A stretch of DNA of 64,000 nt from Octopus vulgaris (Eukaryota): contig OX597819.1 in assembly GCA_951406725.2 (NCBI GenBank), forward strand, positions 107,880,001-107,944,000, written 5' to 3'. The translations under genes and the position numbers were made by a program. A model generated the notes under the pieces. It worked only from the letters and a program-made list of their open reading frames with translations. It was not told the origin of the DNA and did not search any database. Each line of letters begins with the position of its first letter. The stretch's first letter is position 1. Below, piece after piece: positions 1 through 11,660 of this stretch.

Positions 1-151
1 AAGGGTGGATCGATCGATCGATCGATCGACCGAAATTACCCTTAGATATATTTAGATGTCGCAGTGGAATACGGCTTATCATCCATCTAACAACAAACAG
101 CCTCCCCTGTGAGGTACAGCGCACCTTTTTGTAAGTTGATGCCACAGTAAT

Positions 152-303
152 GAACTCATGCACTTTGGAAAAAGAATGTGCTCAAACAGCCTTGTTCTCT
201 TTCTTCGGAGAAACCACTCACAGCATCCAGTAATATCAGGGACTTAGAAGTGAATGTTAACGGCAATCTCGGTTGGAGTGCTCACATCAATAATAAAGTC
301 GAC
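152..303 (+). mobile_element. CR1/L2-type LINE reverse transcriptase C-terminal relic
   Basis: 235-303 translates IRDLEVNVNGNLGWSAHINNKVD (cf. the RDLGVxxDxxLxWxxHI motif), preceded by ELMHFGK with a frameshift. Confidence 0.6.
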
Positions 304-665
304 TGGCTCACATGATTTCCCACAAGAATGTCAAGTCTCGTGAGTGCACCTAGATGCCAGTTTGGGTACAATACAGCAACCTGTAAGTAGGCATTAGAAA
401 CGGGTACCAAGTTGCAATTAGTACCAGAAAAAGATCCATCTAGCAGTATGTTAGTGGCATAAAATCGGGTAGGCTGTAAGCAAGGACTTTATTTAGGCAC
501 AGTTTATCTGGTCTGAAGGATATCGAGTCTAGTAACTAGTTACCACAATGAGATACATTCCATATAGTTGTATAGGGTCTTGCAGATAAATTGAGACCAA
601 TTTAAGCAGTTGACTTAGTGGGTTTAACATTTTATTTTTTGACAAAACCTTGCTATATATATATA

Positions 666-1713
666 CTAGCATTAAAGACCCGTCGTTGCCGGGTCATAGT
701 GCTAGTGCATGTATATATGTGTATATATATGTGTACATATTACATGTACATCTATATATATATACATCTACACATAAAATACAAAATACAAAGTTATATC
801 TTGATATCGCTAGTGATAACAATACTCAAAATATATAACAGACTGGAATTGTTAGCCAGTCTCTTGTAATTTCGATCAATTGTATCTTGTCCTCCCTCTT
901 GTATAGAAGTGTGGCTACAATCCAGCCTACCTCTACTTCTGGGGGGGGGGGCATTTTAAATTTTTTTTTTCCGGGACGTCCTACGTCCCAGATATAAAGG
1001 TAAAAATAAAATATTTCTACTTTGCAAGTTCGAGTCGAGTACTCCCTTGCACGCTCCGTTGACTCGAACTTTGCTTCTATTGTGGCGAATTTACCGCCTC
1101 TGATTAGATAATTTTAATAGTCGCACCAAGACACTTTTCGAAGGTGCTTTCCTCCATGTGTTCAAATCTTCTTTTTTCTCTACATTGTATACTTTATAGA
1201 CAATAGTCTTTTCTTTAATTTAATTTTTTATTATTCATCTGGACTATTCCATTTCTGCACGCTAATCTTATTTTTAATTTATTCCCATTCATGTGAAACC
1301 ACTTATTCAAGTTCAAGTCATTGATGCAATTTTATACCAATTGCTATTTTTACTTTTTGTTTGTTACGATTATATTATACTTTAGTTTGATTTTAATTAT
1401 TACTTACTACATATAATTCAATTGTTATTATTATTTTTATTGTTAAAGTGAAAGTATCTGACATAAAATAGAGAAATGTTTTTGCTTCACTTTTAACACG
1501 TAATACTGAAATAGTGGAGAAGATATGATATTGTTATGGGCTCGCTCTAGGCAAGAAGTTGAACATATTTTTTTTGCCCATGAAACTACATGGACCCTAA
1601 GTAAGGCATATGTAAAATTTGAATGAAATTGGTTGTGTAGTTCTCAAGTTTTAGGGAAACACACAGGCAGACAGACAGACAGACACACATTCTCAGTTTT
1701 ATATATATAAAGA
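666..1713 (-). mobile_element. Non-autonomous Helitron-like element
   Basis: Minus strand begins TCTTTATATATATAAAACTGAG (1713) and ends with GC hairpin GACCCG..CGGGTC then CTAG (666-669); flanked by (TA)n. Confidence 0.65.
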
Positions 1714-1770
<57 letters not shown>

Positions 1771-2250
1771 TGTTGTCGGCTGGCCATCGTTGGTCGACAT
1801 TGGCTGTCCTGTTCTCAAATCATCTCCGGCAGTCTCACTTATAGGCTACAAGACCGGCTCTTAATCTGCGCATCCTCACAAGCTATATGGTAATTCAAGA
1901 GAAAATATTTCCATTGTACCACGAGCAGAGGAAGAAGTATCCTGAAAATTTCAAGGACTGTTCAGGATAGTTTATGTGATTCAAGCAGCGACACAATCTC
2001 CATAACGTTATGGTCCAAAGTGAAAGTGCTTCGGTGTTAATTGATGATGACAAACATCCGTTCACAGCTAAAGAATTGATTGATCTTCATGATTAGTAAC
2101 AAGCGACGGCGCAGCAAGCAGAACAGGAACCAAGACACTCCACCATTAACAAAGTACAGCAAGCTTTTCGAGAAATCACTTAACCCATTTCGAAGTGGTG
2201 TATCTTAATGCTGAGCACTTTGCAAAAAATAATGAGAGCTATTCACATCG

Positions 2251-2284
<34 letters not shown>

Positions 2285-2454
2285 AATACACACGTGAGTG
2301 TGAGTGCGTGCGTGCATCAGCATGGCCGCAGCTCTAAGCTGAAACTAGAAAAAAATATATATATATATACGTCTCTCTCTCTCTATGCATATATATATAT
2401 ATAAATTCAGGGTGAATACTTGATAAATGTAAGTACATTTGGTGTAGCAATTGC

Positions 2455-2551
2455 TTGGGGCTGAAGAGGGCTTTTGAACTATCTGTTATGTCAATTATGC
2501 ATTGATGTAAGAATAAGTTGTTCTATAAAGCTCGAAACATATGTACCGCAA
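2455..2551 (+). ncRNA. Type I hammerhead ribozyme motif (Penelope-like-element type)
   Basis: TTGGGG-CTGAAGA-GGGCTTT..long hairpin..AAAGCTC-GAAA-CATATG-TA-CCGCAA; core CUGANGA/GAAA/GUA intact, stems I-III pair by eye. Confidence 0.7.
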
Positions 2552-3132
2552 CATCCTTTGTGTCCTGTTTTTCATTTCATTTCATTTGATACATATATAT
2601 ATATAAAGTAACGAGTTTTAGCCAACCTAATGTGGCAGTCCCATTTTGGAGCGAATGCTACTGTTGTTTAGCTCCAGGAGACATCGTCTTCAGCTGGCTA
2701 TACGACACACGATATATGTCCTTATATTTCGAACAGGGGAGGTTAGCACTCCCACCTAGCATAAAGTAGTATCTGTGGTCCGAACGGTTTCAGAGTTTGT
2801 CGTCACAGAATAACACTCCAGCTGAGATGGTTCTGCTAAATACCCTTCGAAAATATATATATAATTTTCTAAGTGACCCACAGTCACTGATCTGATAAAA
2901 TAGAAACATTGTTGTTCCTAAATCTCTCAAGGAAAGATATTCAGTAGCAGCACTTTAAGGTAACGATTTTTTGCCAGCCTAATGTGGCAGTCCTATTATG
3001 GGGCGAATGCTACCGTATCCATATATATATATACTCCAGAGAGGAGTGGACAGCGTGCTGTGACCAGCGGTGTCAAATGGACGCCCGATGGACTGGTCGG
3101 TCAAGGTGATCAATGTGATATATATATATATA

Positions 3133-3644
3133 CCGTAAAACCTCGAGTATAGTCCGCCCTTGAGTATAATACGCAGGGGATTTTTAGGGGGCTGTAACTC
3201 TGAAAAACCTAAACCTTGTGTATAATACGCACTCCTTCTCTAACTTGAGTCAAGGAGGCCTATATAACGTCCTTGGTTTGTAAAACTGTATGCGGTAACG
3301 TCCTTTATTATTATCGTATATATAACATAATGCAAACGTGTAGCTTTTTTGTTCATTTTGTTTGCAGAAAATAAAGAAATAACAGTAATAACGTTTAACA
3401 AATGTTGCTTACTGCAAGTTATGGATGATTCTTTTATGACTTCATTGCTTTCAGGCTTAGCTTAAGGTATTTTCGCCCCCAACATCACAAAATGCGTCTG
3501 AATAAACATTGCCGGACAGCAAATAGAGACTCGGACATTGCTTAGAAAATAATTTTAATTTTTAACCTCGTATATAGTACGCACTAGGGATTTTGACCTT
3601 TAAATTTTGGGGGAAAAGTGCGGATTATACTCGAGGATTTACGG
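3133..3644. mobile_element. Tc1/mariner-superfamily (pogo-like) MITE
   Basis: 25-bp TIRs CCGTAAAACCTCGAGTATAGTCCGC / GCGGATTATACTCGAGGATTTACGG, TA on both sides. Confidence 0.85.
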
Positions 3645-3673
3645 TATGTGTGTATGTATATATATATATATAT

Positions 3674-3751
3674 ATAATTCTTTATTCTTCATAATGATGT
3701 TTTTATATATACATATATATAAAGACATCATTATGAAGAATAGAGAATTAT
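3674..3751. repeat. Near-perfect inverted repeat around a TA core
   Basis: ATAATTCTTTATTCTTCATAATGATGTTTTTATATAT .. ATATATAAAGACATCATTATGAAGAATAGAGAATTAT. Confidence 0.8.
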
Positions 3752-4444
3752 TCATTATATTTATTTACTTTACATTATGTGTATGGTTGTGTATGTGTGC
3801 GCGCGCATATACCGTGATTTTATCATTATTTTTTCCTTCATTCTTGTTGCAATGTCTGACGTAACTACATTTCTCATAACCACTAAAAAGTAATTTCAAT
3901 TTTTTTTTTTACGAAGAAATAACAATCTATGGGAAATAACTCTTAATATATCGTACTTTATGATACAAGATTTATTTCCCTCTGCCCATTAGTCATTTTT
4001 TTCCGTTGATATGCTATTATATACTATTTACGTATATCTGATAGAAATTTCACAATTTGAGTACTGCTTTTTTTTATATATGGTATATAGTGATTTATGT
4101 AATAATGAATATGAATTTGGATACATATTTGTCAAAAACAAGAAAGAACGAAAGTGCATAATAGAATAAAATATATCCTCGCTTCCTTGGCGTTCGATTC
4201 ATGATGATAAAATCCAGACTAATTGCTAATTTTGTGCAGTTTACAGCTGCTGCAGTCCATTCATCTCCACAGTCGATTTCTTCTAGAGAGAGAGCGATGG
4301 AGAGAGTGGAATAGTGAGAGAAGAATTGACTCCAGTGTTGAACTAGTACTTTATCTATCGTCCTTGAGAGGTTGATAAGCAACGTCGTCATTTAGAAAGA
4401 AATACGTATATTTATATGTATGCAAATAGGTATGCATGTACGTT

Positions 4445-4480
4445 TGTGTGTGTGTGTGCGTGTGAGAGAGAGAGAGAGAG

Positions 4481-4517
<37 letters not shown>

Positions 4518-4579
4518 ATGTGTATGTTTATTCGTATGTATATGTTTGTGCATGTACTTACACGCATTCAAACACCTCC

Positions 4580-4612
<33 letters not shown>

Positions 4613-4637
4613 ACTCTCTCTCTCTCTATATATATAT
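4445..4637. repeat. Compound (TG)n/(GA)n/(TC)n/(TA)n microsatellites
   Basis: Directly visible dinucleotide runs. Confidence 0.95.
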
Positions 4638-5210
4638 CTTTCAAACATGCTTTTAGCTGTTTTTTTAATATTTCCCATAGCCAACACTGCCATTCTCGCT
4701 GAAAATGCCAAAATCCCGATGATGTCAAAAACCTCGAAAAGAAAAAGTTCAGAGCAATATATAAATGGGCTAGATAAATTTAATGCTTGAAAGTTTTAAG
4801 CAATTCACTCTCAGCCGAGATGCATAGGACCAGAAGAGATTGTAACGATTTGCGTTTGACCTAACCATCAAAATTCGTAATAGTGAATCGTTTCATACTC
4901 GTGTGTTGCAAAATGGTCCGGTTGGTTCACAGAGCACAAGAAACTATGTTGGTCCTATGAAAGATATTTGTTCTCTATCATCTGGGTTATAGCTCGTAAT
5001 TATGGCTAGTATTTTGTAGCACAAGGCCAGTCTTTGATGAACAGTTCCGTGACATGCAGGTAGATGACCAAACACCGATGCGCGACCCAGAGTTCCATTT
5101 CTCAAGTATACAGCGCAACCCAAAATCCCGTTGGATACAGTGTGCAGTTTGGTCATGCATTCTTAGTACTCTCCCATCTATTACTATATACCTACCAATG
5201 ATGGCGATGT

Positions 5211-5495
5211 GGAGGCGCAATGGCCCAGTGGTTAGGGTAGCGGACTCGCGGTCGGAGGATCGCGGTTTCGATTCCCAGACCGGGTGTTGTGTGTGTTTAT
5301 TGAGCGAAAACACCTAAAGTTCCACGAGGCTCCCTGTTGTACTCTTTCGCCCCAACTTTCTCTCACTCTTTCTTCGTGTTTCCTCAGTAACGCTGTGATG
5401 GACTGGCGTCCTGTCCAGCTGGGGGGAACACATATGCCACAGAAACCGGGCCCATGAGCCTGTCTAGGCTTGAAAAGTGCGCAAAAGAAAAAGAA
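5211..5495 (+). mobile_element. tRNA-derived SINE (family A)
   Basis: A-box TGGCCCAGTGG, B-box GGTTTCGATTCC, central GATGGACTGGCGTCCTGTCCAG, A-rich tail, ~12-bp TSD AATGATGG(C/T)GAT; paralog at 9007. Confidence 0.8.
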
Positions 5496-5839
5496 CTAAT
5501 GATGGTGATAGCCTCAGCGGAGGCAGTGAAAGTGGACTCCGTCAGTGACCAACAGTTATAGATTCTCTCCGCTTATGTGCATCTGGCAATGTTTGGACCA
5601 GGTGAGGCTACTGATCGGCAGCTATTTCTATATTATCACAATAGTACTCTAGGTCTTTGGAGGTAGTTTTTTCAGTGACGAGGACTGCGAGCCTTAAAGC
5701 TTATTGTAGCAACAAACTGTGCCCCTCACATCTCTTCGGTTTTAATATTTTTGCTTCGCTGTATTTGTGCACAATTGGCTATGGTGCTCAGTGTGCTGTT
5801 TTGTGTTCTATGTTGTGTATTGCAAAAATAATGGTCTGA

Positions 5840-6075
5840 GAACCCCTTCGGTCACGACACGGACCATGGGATTGCACCTAGAAAGTTACCCTCCCAGGCA
5901 CAAGTCCAGGCAAGGTTGTTTATGGAAGGCCAGCAGTCGCCCATGCATACCGGCCTCCTCTCTCCACGCCACCTGTGTTATCCAAGGGAAAGACAAGGGC
6001 CGATACAGCTTGGCACCTGTGTCGTCGCAACTCTATTCTACAGCTGAGTGAACACAACATGCAGCCCGGTCCGGG
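5840..6075 (-). mobile_element. SINE or LINE 5'-region relic
   Basis: TTCTACAGCTGAGTGAAC..ACAACA..CAGCCC is shared with the SINE-like relic at 63730-63860. Confidence 0.4.
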
Positions 6076-6837
6076 TTTTTAGATATTCCTAACGATTTTT
6101 GTGGTGTCTAAGAGAAAGGGTCAAAACCATCCTTTGTATAGGCTTCAGGTGGCTGGTTTTCCCGTATTGTCTCATAAGGGTATCGATTTGGCGTTGCAGT
6201 GTATATAATATGTAGTCTGACCGTTGTTGTTGATGACGATTACGATGACGACGACGACGATGACAACAATCACAATGTAGTTTAGTATTTATTTTGTGGC
6301 TTATGTTAGATCTAAATATTGGTCACTTTCCTGAAGTTTATTTATATTTTTCTACCTCATTCTTTGACGCAGGGTTTTATTTTGGCTAAGCAATGTTTTG
6401 CTTTATTGTGTTTGAAGCTGTCTCATACTTTTATTAGTTTGGCTATTTCTGGTGTATAATTGCAGTCGTATTGCGCGAACCAGTGATTTTAAATAGTATG
6501 TTACTTCCTATCTTTAATCATAGCTACTGTTGACATTATCGTGTACTTTACCAAAGTATTTGCAAATATTATCTAGCAGTGTCTGCACGAGTATTTTGCA
6601 AACTTTATAAGGCACTTTTATAGATATTTCATAGCCTACTTCGTGGCTTCTGCTGTCTTTTGAAGACGTTCACATATATTACGGAAAATCAAGGTCAGAA
6701 ATACAATTGGATTGACATTTTAACTGAGACTATCTTGTCATCTTTTCTAAGTTTACTCAATATTAGATTATCCAGTATATTTAACCATTTTAAGATGATA
6801 GAATAGAATTTGAGGGAAATTTGTCTGCTGTTTCTTA

Positions 6838-7618
6838 TTTCTTTACTGCCTACAAGGGGCTAAACATAGAGGGGACAAACAAGGACAGACAAACGGATTA
6901 AGTCGATTACATCGACCCCAGTGCGTAACTGGTACTTAATTTATCGACCCCGAAAGGATGAAAGGCAAAGTCGAACTCGGCGGAATTTGAACTCAGAACG
7001 TAACGGCAGACGAAATACCTTTTTCTTTACTACCCACAAGGGGCTAAACACAGAGAGGACAAACAAGGACAGACAAACGGATTAAGTCGATTACATCGAT
7101 CCCAGTGCGTAACTGGTACTTATTTAATCGACCCCGAAAGGATGAAAGGCAAAGTCGACCTCGGCGAAATTTGAACTCAGAACGTAGCGGCAGACGAAAT
7201 ACCTATTTCTTTACTACCCACAAGGGGCTAAACACAGAGAGGACAAACAAGGACAGACAAACGGATTAAGTCGATTATATCGACCCCAGTGCGTAACTGG
7301 TACTTATTTAATCGACCCCGAAAGGATGAAAGGCAAAGTCAACCTCGGCGGAATTTGAACTCAGAACGTAGCGGCAGACGAAATACCTATTTCTTTACTA
7401 CCCACAAGGGGCTAAACACAGAGAGGACAAACAAGGACAGACAAACGGATTAAGTCGATTATATCGACCCCAGTGCGTAACTGGTACTTATTTAATCGAC
7501 CCCGAAAGGATGAAAGGCAAAGTCAACCTCGGCGGAATTTGAACTCAGAACGTAGCGATAGACGAAATACGGCAACGCATTTCGCACGGCGTGCTAACGT
7601 TTCTGCCAGCTCGCCGCC
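6838..7618 (-). mobile_element. Tandem tetramer of tRNA-derived SINE family B (Nin-domain-like core), 184-bp period
   Basis: One head at 7571-7618 plus four near-identical units (CAGACGAAATAC at 7007, 7191, 7375, ~7559); one 17-bp TSD TTGTCTGCTGTTTCTTA at 6821 and 7619. Confidence 0.9.
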
Positions 7619-8459
7619 TTGTCTGCTGTTTCTTACACAAGAATGACCACGTGGAATTTGTCTGCTGCTTCTTACACAACAAATGACCACATGGAAGCTT
7701 CCTCGTTGACCTATCAAAGTATGGTTTCTACTGTGAGACTTATAACAATCTAACGCTACTATTCCAAGTAGATTGCTTCTATACAGCAGACAGCAACTGA
7801 GTGGTCAGTGCTAAGCCAACACTATGTATTGAAGAAAAAGATATCAAATATGCATACTTATGTGTGCGTGCAGAAGCCTTGAAAAGTCGAGTACCAAGCT
7901 TTCGCTTTGAGAATTATGGAAATCCTCGAACTAGATTCTACTACCTAGTCCCATCCTCTCCATCTAGAGTCAGGACAAAGTATTAAAATAGTTTAGGGTT
8001 TAAAAGGACTACAGCTAGTCAACATCCTGTTAAGGGACCGACAGTTAAACAACACTAAGATATTTTATTGCCTAAAAATCCCTGGTTAATCTACATCACA
8101 GTAAGAATTATACATCTACAAGAAAACTGTAACAACATTGTTGCTGATGCTCCAACATGACCACATTCCCAATCGTCCAGTAGAACATCAACCACAATGC
8201 CTTCGCCAGTCTTTCAGGACCGGATTTAATCATGAAAGATGCTTTCATTACTTGGATCTAATCATAAAATACTTGTAGTAAAATGTGTTTATATTTGACA
8301 GACAGATCTGTTTAGGTCTGATATCGTAGTCATGACAAATTACTGGCCGCCATGATATACGTGTCTTGAGCATTTTTTTTTTTTTATCTAATACAGCCTA
8401 TCCAAGTCTAAATGGCCGATTTCCTCCAGGGAGAAAGAGAATGAGAGAGAATAATCGTC

Positions 8460-8608
8460 CTCCAGTACTGGACAGGTATTATTTGTTGGCCCTGGAAGCA
8501 TGAAAACAAAGTTAATCTCAGTGGAATATGAACTCAGAGCACAAACAGCTGGAATGAAGAGAATAAGGCATTTTATTTGATGTTCTTACGATTCTGCCAA
8601 CTCATCAC
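8460..8608 (-). mobile_element. Degenerate SINE family B copy
   Basis: GGAATATGAACTCAGAGC and TTACGATTCTGCCAACTCATCACC resemble the array unit and head. Confidence 0.55.
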
Positions 8609-9006
8609 CAACACACCACACACTACTAACTCAGTAGTCATTCGGCCAGCTAGAAATAGCTGTCAAATCTCCCCAAAATGACTTCTTAGAAAAAGGACAC
8701 ATTGCAAAAGGTGGTCCCAGATCCAAAAGGTCTCAATTAAAAACAATGGCTGTTGGATACATTCGATAATGTAGACCAAGATACAATGTTTGAATAAAAG
8801 ACAGGATAGTCATATCTGGAATACCTTTGATCACTGCTGACCTGAGCTTAATTAATAACAAATTATTCTTAGATGCCATTCACTTTTAGCGCTAACATAA
8901 CTACAAACGCTGTAGGATGGAAGGTAAAATGTGTTCTCAAGTACTTAACTAATTCAGAAGAAATTTTTCAACATAAAGAATTTTTTTCAACATAATAAGG
9001 CTTCGC

Positions 9007-9294
9007 GGAGGCACATGGCTTAGTGGCCAGAGCAGCAGACTCGCGGTCGAGGGATCACGAGTTCGAATTTCAAACCAGGTGATGTGTGTGTGTGTTTATG
9101 AGCGAAACACCTAAGCTCCGTATGGCTCCGGCAGAAGGTAATAGCAAATTTCTGCTCTTTCGCCACAACTTTCACTCTTTCCTCCTGCATCTAGCAGCTC
9201 GCCTGCAATGGACTAGCGTCCCGTCCAGGTAGGGAATCTATACGCCAATGAAACCGGGAAACCAGCCTTTATGAGCCAGGCATGGTTCGACAAC
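9007..9294 (+). mobile_element. tRNA-derived SINE (family A)
   Basis: TGGCTTAGTGG and GAGTTCGAATTTC boxes, homologous to the 5211 copy, TSD ATAATAAGGCTTC. Confidence 0.8.
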
Positions 9295-9656
9295 AATAAT
9301 AAGGCTTCTCTTGCTTCAAAATGAGGTGCATTCTAGATTTGAAACTTGTTTAAGAGTGGCAGTTATAACTGTCTTAAATTATTGTAATTTTAGTAAATCA
9401 TTACAATACATTTAATAAGATGACCTACCATTTTCTTTTTAAATTTCAGAGTGAAAGAAACGGCTGTAATATCTCTTTGAACAGACTCTACGAAACACTG
9501 CATATCACAGCTGACCAGTTTGCAGAATGCTGTTGGGACGTGAAGACAATTTGGAAGATTGTTATGCAATAAGGTTTTTAGCTAAACTGGACAAAAACGC
9601 TACAGAAACTTATGAAATTCTGCAGACTGTTAATGGATTAACTTGGATGAGCTGAG

Positions 9657-10585
9657 CAGTGGCGGCTCGTAGATGAAATTAGTGGGGAAGCTGCTTCAGA
9701 AAATGTTTAGCCGTTGTTTAGATATTGTGCAAAAGGAAACAAACACATAAAAAGAAAATTTATACATAAATCTGATCGGTTCGCATTTCAGTTACTGCTG
9801 GGTAGTGTGTTTAATTTGTTCACTGAGCACCGCCGTGAATTCCCCCTTGTTTTTCAAAAATCCCCACTAAATCACAAAATAAGAAGTGGAAATCTGCCCT
9901 ATTCTTCATATCCTGGCAGGATAATAATCTAATTCTACACTTTATCACATTCAAGAATATAAACACATTTTTAAGCACAACACATGCAGAGTCAAAAAGA
10001 AATGTTACCTTACACCAGCACACCGGGGCGGCACTGTGTGAACCACAATGCTCTATCTCCGAAGCATCAGGCTTCCTATTTCAGACATGTGAGCATGCGC
10101 ACAACAGCCAAACACCGCATCGCTGGAACTGTGAAACGCACAATTCTATACAAGGATTCTTGTATTTTTTTTCATAAACTAGGGGATGGCTACTGGCATT
10201 AACCTTAAGGATTATATAATGTACAAGTCGGCAAGCTGGCATAATCGTTACCACACCGGGCGAAATGCGTAGCCATATTTCGTCTGTCGTTGCGTTCCGA
10301 GTTCAAATTCCGCCGAGGTCGACTTTGCCTTTCATCCTTTCGGGGTCGATAAATTAAGTACCAGTTACACACTGGGGTCAATGTAATCGACTTAATCCCT
10401 TTGTCTGTCCTTGTTTGTCCCTTCTGTGTTTAGCCCCTCGTGGGTAGTAAAGAAATATATATAATGTACAAGTATAAAGAAAGAATTAAAGAAAAAAAAA
10501 GGACTCATTATATTGAATGTTATCGACATCGAGTAGAAATAGGGGGTGCTGCAGTTCCGCAGTACCCTTACACGAGCCACCACTG
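9657..10585. mobile_element. hAT-type non-autonomous element inside the mariner
   Basis: TIRs CAGTGGCGGCTCGT / ACGAGCCACCACTG; 8-bp TSD GAGC(T/C)GAG at 9649 and 10586. Confidence 0.85.
10225..10457 (+). mobile_element. SINE family B monomer inside the hAT element
   Basis: Reverse complement of the 6838 array unit plus head; TSD TATATAATGTACAAGT. Confidence 0.9.
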
Positions 10586-11185
10586 GAGCCGAGTATCTGT
10601 TTTTTGCTGGCACAAGAGAGTCAAGGACAGTAGAGAAGAAGTGAGAGACGATAAGAAGTGTAGGAGGGAGAGGGGCATCAGAACATCCAAGCTGGTTGAG
10701 AAGATTTGCAATTTTCTGAATGAGGACCATCGTGTCTATAAAGACAATAAGCATATACTTTGGAGTTGTGGCAACTGTACACAGAATTATTCTTGAAGAT
10801 CAGAACATGTGCAAAATTTGTGCAAAGTTTGTTCCACAATTCTGTCCTAGTTTACAATTACTTGACAGAGATGGGCAGCAAAACTGTCCCTCACCCTCCC
10901 TACAGCCCAGACCTTGTTCTCTGTAACTTTTGGTTGCTCCCCAAGCTGAACGAGAACCTCAGGGGTAGTCGTTTTGAAGACGAAAGAGGCTGTGACAAGG
11001 GTTCCGGACACCAACACTTTGGAGGACGTCCATGGGGCCCTTTGAAGGAGATTAAAATTTACTACTTCATTGAAATTAATAAATGTCACTCCTGAAAATG
11101 TCTCAAATTTTCAGGAATGCACTCCATATTTATATTTATAAAAATTCACATGACAATTTGAATAGAATATCCCACAAATTCCACT

Positions 11186-11239
<54 letters not shown>

Positions 11240-11242
<3 letters not shown>

Positions 11243-11311
11243 CAAAATAAGCAACAAGGATATCCAGAGGTAGTGCATTACCTCTGGATATTCTTGTTGC
11301 TTATTTTGATT
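11240..11311. repeat. 72-bp near-perfect palindrome
   Basis: AATCAAAATAAGCAACAAGGATATCCAGAGGTAGTGCATTACCTCTGGATATTCTTGTTGCTTATTTTGATT. Confidence 0.9.
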
Positions 11312-11424
11312 TTAATCACATTATTTTGAAATTGTATAGATAATACCATAATAAATTCTGGTGCCTCAACTTAAGTACCATATTCATCTTAATCTAAATT
11401 TTATATATAAATATATATATATAT

Positions 11425-11660
11425 AGGAAGGGTATCCAGCCATAAAACCCCTGCCAAAACAGACACAGAAGTCTAGTGCAGGCTTCTGCCTGGCCAGCTC
11501 CTGTCAAACCATCCCACCCATGCCAGCATGGAAGGCAGACGTTAAACAATGATGATGATGATGGTGGTGGTGGTGGTGGTGGTGGTGGTGGTGGAGGAGG
11601 AGGAGGAGGAGGAGAAGGAGGAGAAGAAGAAGAAGAAGCAGTAGCAGTAGTAGTAGTCGT
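11425..11660 (+). mobile_element. RTE-type 3' tail fragment followed by a compound trinucleotide microsatellite
   Basis: AGGAAGGGTATCCAGCCATAAAAC..CCCATGCCAGCATGGAAGGCAGACGTTAAAC then (GAT)n(GGT)n(GGA)n(GAA)n(GTA)n. Confidence 0.75.

Larger units (their letters stand above)
9321..11128 (+). mobile_element. Decayed mariner (Mos1-like) transposon carrying nested insertions
   Basis: Imperfect TIRs ATGAGGTGCATTC / GAATGCACTCCATA; transposase pieces FLAKLDKNATETYEILQ, SRVSVFCWHKR..EVRDD, VPHPPYSPDLVLCNFWLLPKL. Confidence 0.8.

Noticed and set aside
8-29. (GATC)n run as a regulatory methylation array
   Set aside because: Simple tetranucleotide microsatellite in a eukaryotic context
2655-2700. CTGAAGA on the minus strand as a further hammerhead
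   Set aside because: No stem II closed by GAAA
5211-5285. tRNA gene
   Set aside because: A/B boxes continue into a SINE body with tail and TSD; a diverged paralog sits at 9007
6838-7618. CRISPR-like or tRNA-gene array
   Set aside because: Units are identical throughout with no unique spacers, match dispersed SINE monomers, and no cas genes are present
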